Source: an uncultured Pseudomonadota bacterium (GTDB taxonomy: Bacteria > Oederibacteriota > Muellerivitia > Muellerivitales > Muellerivitaceae). Taken from it: 64,000 nucleotides of DNA. A program made the position numbers and the translations under genes. Of the stretch, positions 56,999 through 64,000 are shown piece after piece. The DNA is taken from the NCBI GenBank assembly GCA_963836235.1, contig CAWIIP010000002.1, positions 960,001-1,024,000 of the forward strand. Reading direction: 5' to 3'. Under the pieces are notes generated by a model. That model was given only the letters and a program-made list of their open reading frames with translations. It searched no databases and was not told the origin of the DNA. The number at the start of each line of letters is the position of its first letter. The stretch's first letter is position 1.

Positions 56999-57985
56999 CT
57001 AAAATTGGACTCGAAGGCTAGTACTGCCCGCGATATCGGTTCCATTGGATTCTCCCACGATTGCCCAGTGAAGTCCCGCCCCAAAGTCGAAACCCAAAAC
57101 AAACTTGGGTTCAAAAAAGATCGGCGGAGCGCTACTGGCAACGTTCAGATTTACCGGAGTAGGCGTATTTGTCCCTCCAGGCACATTGACATTGCCGCTG
57201 CCGGTCATGGTTGAGGAAATGTTACCCGAACTTCTTTGAAATCCAACCGCGGCGAAAGGATAAACAACGCCAAGGTCCTTCCCGACTTGTATTTGAGCGC
57301 CAAAGCTTTTGGTTTCCCAATTCAAGTTATAGTTGTTATTGCCTGTAAAAGAAGTATTGGGATATAAAGTTCCTCCATCATTGTACGTGCCGCTTTGGTT
57401 GATTGCGGTGGCCAAGCTAAGGCTTCCTTTCATCTGATCCCAACTTACCCCCACTGTCACGGTGGGCGCGTAAATACTGTCCACTATTTTGTACCGCAAG
57501 TCCAAACCCCAACCATAGTAATTCGCGGCGATCCCAACATCGGGCAAACTCACCATCGGAAGATAATTGAATTTCACACCCATGTCCAAACCGTTCATTA
57601 AACCAATCCTTCCCGTAATGACGGGAAAAGGTGCCGGTATGAAAGACGGAATACTCAGGTTTGAACCAAGATTAATCGCTTCCAAAGACAAACTGTCGAG
57701 ATTAGGAATGTGAATTAAATCCGCACCGACGCCGATTCCTAATTCGATTCGTGGGCCCGACAGTATATCGAACACGCTCGCCGGAGTATTCCATCCAAGA
57801 GTGGTGAAAAAACCCATGCTTTTAGCGAAAGTTCCGTTCACATAATCGCTTATATTTTGGTAATCCGTCGTGGCTTGGTTTTGAAAATCGTTTTCGGCGG
57901 TCGCAATGGCTTTCACGGGACAAATACTCATGATTCCCACGATCCCAGCCGCGAGAAATACTCGGGGAATCTTTCGAAAAAACAT
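56999..57985 (-). CDS. Putative outer-membrane beta-barrel protein
   Basis: Signal peptide, amphipathic beta strands, terminal LRVQF. Confidence 0.55.
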   Translation of the reverse strand: MFFRKIPRVFLAAGIVGIMSICPVKAIATAENDFQNQATTDYQNISDYVNGTFAKSMGFFTTLGWNTPASVFDILSGPRIELGIGVGADLIHIPNLDSLSLEAINLGSNLSIPSFIPAPFPVITGRIGLMNGLDMGVKFNYLPMVSLPDVGIAANYYGWGLDLRYKIVDSIYAPTVTVGVSWDQMKGSLSLATAINQSGTYNDGGTLYPNTSFTGNNNYNLNWETKSFGAQIQVGKDLGVVYPFAAVGFQRSSGNISSTMTGSGNVNVPGGTNTPTPVNLNVASSAPPIFFEPKFVLGFDFGAGLHWAIVGESNGTDIAGSTSLRVQF

Positions 57986-58047
57986 TCCAGGCCTTCCAGT
58001 GTTGGCGTAATAAAAAGCTTCGTTACCTTAAACTAGGATACCTTAAA

Positions 58048-58815
58048 ATGCTTCTGGATTTAAGCGGGAGGTTGACTTTGTTTTGGCCTGATAGCCCTTT
58101 GGTTTTGGGTACCTTCATGGAACGGCTTCACCGTTTTGGCGCCATCGTTAAGGTTCACGGACGGAGGGAATACTGTCACGTAACTAATTCGGGCCGTCTG
58201 AGGGAATTACTTTATCCAGGGGCCAAAGTGGCTCTGGTTGACCATCTCTCCCAACTTACAACTAAGAATTCAAAACCTAAAACTATTCGTAAGACCCGCT
58301 ATGCCGTCCGTTTGGCCTATTACCAAAAGAGATGGGTTTGCATCGAAGCCAATATCGCCCCCCTATTGTTGAAAGAAGCCTGGCAAAAAGGGTTGGTGAA
58401 AGAGTTGAAACCTTACGATCATCTCCAATCCGAGGTTCCCTTAAACGCCCATACCCGTTTTGATTTTCAAGCCCGCAATTTAAAAACAGGTGAAAAGGCT
58501 TGGGTCGAAGTAAAGTGTGTCACCTTGGTGGATGAAAAAAAGGTGGCCCGTTTCCCCGATGCTCCTTCTGAGCGTGCCTCAAAACATTTGAGAGAGCTGA
58601 TGTTGCAGTCCCGCAAACCCAATACCAAATGTTTTGTTTTCTTCATCCTTCAAAACCCTTTTGGAATCGCTGTAGGGCCTAAGAATGACACGGACCCGGT
58701 GTTTGGAGAAACCTTGAGAAAAGCTTCCAAGTCCAAGGTGTTCCTTAAAGCTTATCGCGCGAGGGTGAGTTTAAGTAAAGCTTGCCTAACCCGTCAAATT
58801 CCAGTTTTAGTTTAA
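58048..58815 (+). CDS. sfsA: DNA/RNA nuclease SfsA
   Basis: RLHRF, HVTNSGRLRELL, RFDF, VEVKCVTL, FPDAPSERASKHLREL. Confidence 0.92.
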   Translation: MLLDLSGRLTLFWPDSPLVLGTFMERLHRFGAIVKVHGRREYCHVTNSGRLRELLYPGAKVALVDHLSQLTTKNSKPKTIRKTRYAVRLAYYQKRWVCIEANIAPLLLKEAWQKGLVKELKPYDHLQSEVPLNAHTRFDFQARNLKTGEKAWVEVKCVTLVDEKKVARFPDAPSERASKHLRELMLQSRKPNTKCFVFFILQNPFGIAVGPKNDTDPVFGETLRKASKSKVFLKAYRARVSLSKACLTRQIPVLV

Positions 58816-58831
58816 GATGTTTTTGAGGTTT

Positions 58832-59293
58832 TTAATCCTGGGGAACAGTTGAAATAATAAAGGCCGTCTGGTCAGCCTTCACGCCTAATAGGTTAAAGAA
58901 TTCGTCCCGTTCCTCATTCTTCAAACTCTTCAAATAAGCGCCATCATTATTTCGGATCAAAAAATTGGAAGACTTCATCAAATAGAGTTGGAATAAAAGC
59001 TTGTCCGATTCATAAAAATTGGCGATGACAATCGCGGCCGGAGGGCTATAAAGGAGGGGTTCCCACCCTTTTTTTCGCTTGTCAATAAAATCGTAAATTT
59101 GGCGGATTCTCGGCGGTTCCTCAATATAGCTGATCTGCTGGGCACGCTGTTTGAAGTCATTCTGGCAAACTTCAATTTTCGTGATGTGATTCATTCCAGG
59201 GAGGAAAACATTCCGGTCAAAACCTAAATACCAGACTCCGCCCAAAACCAATAAAAACAAGAAAACAACGAGGAAAATTCGACCAAATTTCAT
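58832..59293 (-). CDS. Hypothetical membrane-anchored protein
   Basis: 153 aa with an N-terminal TM helix; no recognised motif. Confidence 0.55.
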   Translation of the reverse strand: MKFGRIFLVVFLFLLVLGGVWYLGFDRNVFLPGMNHITKIEVCQNDFKQRAQQISYIEEPPRIRQIYDFIDKRKKGWEPLLYSPPAAIVIANFYESDKLLFQLYLMKSSNFLIRNNDGAYLKSLKNEERDEFFNLLGVKADQTAFIISTVPQD

Positions 59294-59472
59294 GGCGAGT
59301 CCAAAAGTTCTTTTTCAATTCACTGGCACTGAGCCGTGATCGTTCCATCGATGTTATTTTATATTGTTTTTGAAATCTACCCTAGAGCTTTTACAGAACG
59401 AAAAAGTTAGCGGTCAGAAAACGGCACCCCTCCCAGCAGCCCGAATGGTCGGCCGTGGGGAAAGCCTTAACT

Positions 59473-59757
59473 CTATTTCTTTTCAACCAAATCCATGCCG
59501 CAGTTGGGGCATTTGCCGGGTTTGTCACTGGTATAGTCACCCATTGGACAGACCCAAACCGCTTTTTTAGTCTCGGCCTTAGCCGTCTTTTTTGTTTTTT
59601 TCCCTTTTTTGGCTTTAACCATCGGGGCGGCCGCCACTATAGGTTGAGTCGACACGACCGAAGATCCATTCCCGATAGCTTCATCGGCTTGGGCGAAAGA
59701 AATTCCTAGCACCAGAATCCCCGTCAGAACCACTCCGACTGCGAATAATTTCCTCAT
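59473..59757 (-). CDS. Small secreted heavy-metal-binding-domain protein
   Basis: Signal peptide, Lys-rich linker, WVCPM...PGKCPNCGMDL. Confidence 0.75.
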   Translation of the reverse strand: MRKLFAVGVVLTGILVLGISFAQADEAIGNGSSVVSTQPIVAAAPMVKAKKGKKTKKTAKAETKKAVWVCPMGDYTSDKPGKCPNCGMDLVEKK

Positions 59758-59905
59758 TTTCGACTCCTTTTTTTTGAAATCACTTCCAGGCTTTCAAGCC
59801 TTATTGTTCGGTAAGACTTATGCTACAGGGCAAGCCGAAAGGAACGGACTCAATTTACTCTAACCAGGCTATCCATTTCCAGAACCCCTTTGGTTTCGCC
59901 ATCTT

Positions 59906-60505
59906 TCAATTCTTCCCACGCCTTTGGGCGATGAGGGCTCCGATTGCCGTTCCTAAAAGGATAAAACCCAGCCAAAACAGGAACCAATGGGCGCTGTCGG
60001 TCCGGACCGATGGGAATTTGTTGCTGATGAACCAACCCGTTTCATAGCCAATAAACCCGCCTAAAGCGGAATAAAAGAGGATCCAAAAAAGCTCACCCAA
60101 TGTGGAATATTTCTTAGCAATTCCCCAAAGGGGCTGAACGAGGGGAAAATAAACAAAAATAAACAAAATTCCCAAGGCAATCTCATGGTTTTTGAGGGCG
60201 TTGAAATAAGGGCTGTTGGTTAAAAGAAGGCCGTAGGCGATCCAAAGATAGGCTGAAACTCCTAAGAGCCAGCTTAAAACAAAACTCACTGGCCACATCA
60301 CCGTGCCCAGGCACCCATCGGTCAGTTTCCAGCGGTACACATAAAGAAGCGGATAGGCTACCAGGAAGAAGAGGGCGTTATAGAAAAAGTTGAGATTCCA
60401 AAGATGATCCGCATAGGGATGGAGATGGATTTGAACCAGACCCGCCAGGGCCAGTCCTTCCCATAAGAACAGCCGCAATAGTGACCGGGAGGATTCCTTG
60501 CCCAT
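59906..60505 (-). CDS. Hypothetical polytopic membrane protein
   Basis: About 6 hydrophobic helices; paralog of the next gene. Confidence 0.65.
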   Translation of the reverse strand: MGKESSRSLLRLFLWEGLALAGLVQIHLHPYADHLWNLNFFYNALFFLVAYPLLYVYRWKLTDGCLGTVMWPVSFVLSWLLGVSAYLWIAYGLLLTNSPYFNALKNHEIALGILFIFVYFPLVQPLWGIAKKYSTLGELFWILFYSALGGFIGYETGWFISNKFPSVRTDSAHWFLFWLGFILLGTAIGALIAQRRGKN

Positions 60506-60514
60506 GAAATTCCT

Positions 60515-61153
60515 TTAGCCTTTTCTGGTTTTATTCCCGAACCAAACCACGGCCGCTACGCCGGCTAAGATGAAGATGCTCCAAATAAGCCCTTGAATTT
60601 CCACATCTCCCAAGAAACTTCCCCACTTGGTGATAAGGGTCCGGCCCAGGTAAAGCCCACCCACTACCCCGGAAACTGAGTCCGAGATCATCCCCACCGA
60701 TGACCAAAAAGTAAAATTGATCCGGCTCAAACCCCAAAGATGCTCGAAGAAAAAGAAGTAGTCGATCACGTAAAAAGGCGCCAAGATCATCCAATAATCT
60801 TTGACCACCATGAAGCAGGAAGACTGCCCCAAAATGAAATGTGTTGTGTAAAGGATGTAAGTAATCCAAAGAAAACTAGACCCCATTAACAGAATCCGCA
60901 AAGCGAAACTTAAGGGGGAGATGAGAAATTTGAGGACCGAGGGAATCTTCATCTGGCTGTAAAAATAAATAATAGGATAGACCGTTATGAAAACCACCGA
61001 ATTACCGAGGAAAAAGAGGGGAGTCGGGTCAGGGGCGGGGGGAGCGTAAAGAAGGATATGGAGAAACCCTACGATGCCGAGGATTTCCCAAAGGATAAAA
61101 CGGGCGAAAGAAGGCGTTTGAGTCATGTTGGCTGGAACGGCTTCTTTGTTCAT
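60515..61153 (-). CDS. Hypothetical polytopic membrane protein (paralog)
   Basis: Shares the R..LWE and N..F...YP.LY patterns with 59906..60505. Confidence 0.65.
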   Translation of the reverse strand: MNKEAVPANMTQTPSFARFILWEILGIVGFLHILLYAPPAPDPTPLFFLGNSVVFITVYPIIYFYSQMKIPSVLKFLISPLSFALRILLMGSSFLWITYILYTTHFILGQSSCFMVVKDYWMILAPFYVIDYFFFFEHLWGLSRINFTFWSSVGMISDSVSGVVGGLYLGRTLITKWGSFLGDVEIQGLIWSIFILAGVAAVVWFGNKTRKG

Positions 61154-61491
61154 CCCTTATTACCTTTCTCGGCCTTGAACTTTTCCGTCACATGCCCGCA
61201 CTTCGGGCAGTCGTAAAGCATGACCCATCCCTTGCGGCCCAAGTCATATTTTTTAACCTTCGCCTGGACCCTTGCGGCGCACCAGGAACAATAGGTGTTT
61301 TCCCAACGGGGCCGGGTGGTTCCCCATAAAAGCCCCAATCCCGAAGCCAAGGCGAGGAAGGCCACGGGCACTAATATCCCCGCCGTAAATCCATAGTGCA
61401 ACCACAAAAGACTGGTTCCCATCAGAAGGGCCAAAAACCACAAGAGGAAAAACTTTTCCCAGGGTACTCGCTTGAGAAAGGCGGAAAGCAT
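61150..61491 (-). CDS. Membrane protein with C-terminal zinc ribbon
   Basis: Two TM helices, then CSWC...CPKC. Confidence 0.6.
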   Translation of the reverse strand: MLSAFLKRVPWEKFFLLWFLALLMGTSLLWLHYGFTAGILVPVAFLALASGLGLLWGTTRPRWENTYCSWCAARVQAKVKKYDLGRKGWVMLYDCPKCGHVTEKFKAEKGNKG

Positions 61492-61856
61492 CAGGCTTTA
61501 ACTTTCCACTTACAGAATTCCACCAGATTTCCGCCCGGGTCACGAAAATTGGCTACATCTCCCCAATCGCTGAAAAAAATATGTGTTTTGATCCCTTTTG
61601 ATTTTACTTTTTCATTAGCAGCCACCAAATCCACAACGTTGATCCGAAGAATAAAAGGTGGATTATCCCTTTCGCGGATTTCCGTGGGAGAGGGTTCCCA
61701 TGCCTTTTCCAACAGCAAATAGGAACCCCCGAATTGGAAATTGGTCATTCCTGGTTTTTGGTACCGGACCGGAAGCTCAAGGATTTTGGAGTAAAATTCA
61801 ACGCAGGCTTCATAATTCTCGACCCGTAACAAGAAACCTGTTTTCTCAAATTTCAT
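61491..61856 (-). CDS. VOC/glyoxalase family protein
   Basis: FYSKILEL and WG..ANFRDPGGNLVEF. Confidence 0.85.
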   Translation of the reverse strand: MKFEKTGFLLRVENYEACVEFYSKILELPVRYQKPGMTNFQFGGSYLLLEKAWEPSPTEIRERDNPPFILRINVVDLVAANEKVKSKGIKTHIFFSDWGDVANFRDPGGNLVEFCKWKVKA

Positions 61857-61928
61857 TGGACGGCCTTTTCCCGCGTTAGTTAGAGTTGGCCCACATGGTA
61901 TATCAATTGTCGTTGGATAAACAAACCA

Positions 61929-63191
61929 CTATTGAATCTTGGGCTTCTGGAAAGAGGACATCTCGCTCTTCTGGTCATGGGATTTTTCCCGGGGATCGAG
62001 GGAAGCGGCCTTCTCTAGCTTGTGGAATCCGTATTTACGCTTGATGGCATCCACGCTTTTAAAAAGTGCTTCTTTTTTCTTGGAACTCATTTCCGGAAAC
62101 AACCACTGGGCCTCTTCATCCCCCTTCTCAAACTTGGAAAGGGACACTCCCAGGAGCCTTATCTTGCGTTTGCGGACATGTGATTCCCGGAACAGTTCGT
62201 AAGCGGTTGTCATGACCACCGCGTCGTCGCTTGTCTCGGGAATGGTCTTGGCCCGGGTGATGGTTTGGAAATCGTCATATCGTAGTTTCAATGTAATGGT
62301 TCGGGCCTTCTTTCCGATCCGCCTCAAGCGGTAACAACCCTTTTCTGAAAGCCAAGCCAGGGTCTGGTGGATTTGTTGGAGGTCCTCCGTGTCTTTCTCA
62401 AAAGTTGTTTCATGCCCCACGCTTTTGGCATTGTGGAAAGGATAGACCTCGGTGTCGCCCATTCCCCGGGCCGCTTCATGAAGCCATTGGCCCGCCGAAG
62501 GCCCGAAAGACTTTTGAAGCTTCGCCAGGGGTATGGACAAAATGTCCCCAATGCGATGAATACGCATCTCTTTCAGGCGAGGCTGAGTCTTCTCCCCCGC
62601 CCCATGTAGCCGTTCAATGGGTAAAGGAGCCAGGAATTTCTGTTCCTCCCCTTCCGGAACCACGACCACACCCGTGTTTTCAACCACCTTTTTACCCAAC
62701 ATGGCGGGATCGGGCTTGACGGTTTTCCCCGCGATCTTCGCCACATATTTGTTGGAAGCGATAGCAACCGTGCAGGAAAGTTGGGTTCGCTCAAAGACCG
62801 AATCCCTCACCCTTCTGGCCAGGGCCCAAAAGTCATTGCCATAAAGGGCCTCGCAACCGGTGAAATCCAAATAGAATTCGTCGATGGAGGCATATTCCAC
62901 CACGGGCGCGATACGCCGCAGAAGCACATAGACTTTGCGGGAGTATTTGGAATAAAGCTTGTGGTGCCCCGGAACGAAGAGGGCTTTGGAACAAAGCTTC
63001 TCGGCGGTCATGATCGGCATCCCGGACTTGATGCCGTACTTGCGGGCTTCGTAGGAGGCGGAAGCCACCACACCCCTTTCCCCCTTCCGTCCACCGACAA
63101 CAACCGGCTTGCCGTTCAAGGATGGGTCTACCAACCTCTCACAAGAGACAAAAAAAGAATTCATGTCGATATGGGCGATAATTCGGTTCAT
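61929..63191 (-). CDS. dinB: DNA polymerase IV (Y family)
   Basis: HIDMNSFF, ASYEARKYG, SIDEFYLD, RLLGV; clamp-like QWLF. Confidence 0.95.
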   Translation of the reverse strand: MNRIIAHIDMNSFFVSCERLVDPSLNGKPVVVGGRKGERGVVASASYEARKYGIKSGMPIMTAEKLCSKALFVPGHHKLYSKYSRKVYVLLRRIAPVVEYASIDEFYLDFTGCEALYGNDFWALARRVRDSVFERTQLSCTVAIASNKYVAKIAGKTVKPDPAMLGKKVVENTGVVVVPEGEEQKFLAPLPIERLHGAGEKTQPRLKEMRIHRIGDILSIPLAKLQKSFGPSAGQWLHEAARGMGDTEVYPFHNAKSVGHETTFEKDTEDLQQIHQTLAWLSEKGCYRLRRIGKKARTITLKLRYDDFQTITRAKTIPETSDDAVVMTTAYELFRESHVRKRKIRLLGVSLSKFEKGDEEAQWLFPEMSSKKKEALFKSVDAIKRKYGFHKLEKAASLDPREKSHDQKSEMSSFQKPKIQ

Positions 63192-63259
63192 GGTATACGC
63201 TAGTATACTTATTGAAGCCGGTAATGCAATTGGGGGTTTTCTTTAAAAACCCCAATTCC

Positions 63260-64000
63260 TTAAGACCGCGTCAAAATAAACTTATCCCTCTTTACCACGT
63301 TCCCATTGCGTTGGACCACGTAGAAATAAATGCCCGAGGCCACAGGCGACCCCTTGGTATTGAGTCCGTTCCAATCGTATTCCCCACCGGAGACCGTGAC
63401 TTTTTGAACCAGTTCTCCCGATAGCGTGAAAAAAGAAACCATGTCATTGGGTTGCAGGCAATCCATTTTGAAGAAGCCTCCGAAGGCAGTCTTGGGATTG
63501 TAAGGAACGGGCCAAACGTGGATGACGCAAACAGGTGTTGGGGTCGACGTAATCGTGGGGCTGGGCGTCGGGGTAAGCGTTGGAAGGCTGGAAAAGATCA
63601 TGCCCGCGGGATAGCTGTAGGCATCGCGTACGTCAAACCCATAGGATTCCACTCCAAAGGGCTGAGGCCCCGAAAGTTGGTGAAACCCGGTGCCGATCGT
63701 CACCTGGGCGCTGGAGTAACCGCTAGCCCCCACGGCCGTGAAACTGCCGGGAGGAAGGGCCGTGCCATCCAGCAAAATTAATCCCACCGCCGAATTGAGG
63801 GCCGCCACATTCAGGAAATTATAGGTGAAGCCAGTGGAGGGGGCGACCGTCTGATAGGTAGTCCCATAATCCGAAATCGGCGGCACGGTGATTTCACTCG
63901 GGTCGGCCATGGCGACCCCACCATAGGTGGCACCCTCATAGGCATGGCTGTTGGAATATTGCACCACCAGAATGGGGGCTGTCGCCGTGACGTAAGAAGC
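63260..64000 (-). CDS. Secreted protein (5' truncated by the window edge) with IgGFc-binding-like domain, PT linker and FlgD-Ig/T9SS-like tail
   Basis: Frame open to the window end; PILVVQY, DPS..VPP, PFGVESYG; tail VWPVPYNP...FFTLSGELV...WNG...VASGIYFY. Confidence 0.7.
   Translation of the reverse strand, partial: ASYVTATAPILVVQYSNSHAYEGATYGGVAMADPSEITVPPISDYGTTYQTVAPSTGFTYNFLNVAALNSAVGLILLDGTALPPGSFTAVGASGYSSAQVTIGTGFHQLSGPQPFGVESYGFDVRDAYSYPAGMIFSSLPTLTPTPSPTITSTPTPVCVIHVWPVPYNPKTAFGGFFKMDCLQPNDMVSFFTLSGELVQKVTVSGGEYDWNGLNTKGSPVASGIYFYVVQRNGNVVKRDKFILTRS

Noticed and set aside
59826-59850. GGCAAGCCGAAAGG, reminiscent of a c-di-GMP-I riboswitch
   Set aside because: The rest of the consensus is missing and it is on the opposite strand to the neighbouring genes.

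Overview
Bacterial chromosomal segment, mostly minus-strand genes. I found no rRNA, tRNA, CRISPR array, transposase or prophage. Two Firmicutes-style housekeeping runs form the backbone: dxr-rseP...ispG-proS...polC-rimP and lepA-lepB-hemW-hrcA-grpE-dnaK. The window nevertheless encodes outer-membrane beta-barrels, lipoproteins and a GT9 heptosyltransferase-like enzyme, which points to a diderm cell. The protein style resembles candidate lineages such as FCPU426, but that is inference only. Glycan-related accessory genes are interleaved. Five secreted proteins (GH5, GH12, two clan GH-A enzymes with an inserted CBM32, and a partial IgGFc-binding-domain protein) each end in a Pro/Thr stalk plus a T9SS-like C-terminal domain. 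The best candidate for an undescribed system is a six-gene operon at 37.0-47.1 kb. It encodes three large OmpM-like barrels (SLH + coiled coil + beta-barrel) and three paralogous CBM11-like lipoproteins, possibly a non-SusCD glycan capture and uptake system under LacI control. Other oddities are a PolC lacking its proofreading exonuclease insert, an RlmD fused to a membrane-anchored glycosidase-like domain, and a terminator/antiterminator leader upstream of a secreted glycosidase. All calls come from motif recognition by eye; no searches were run.
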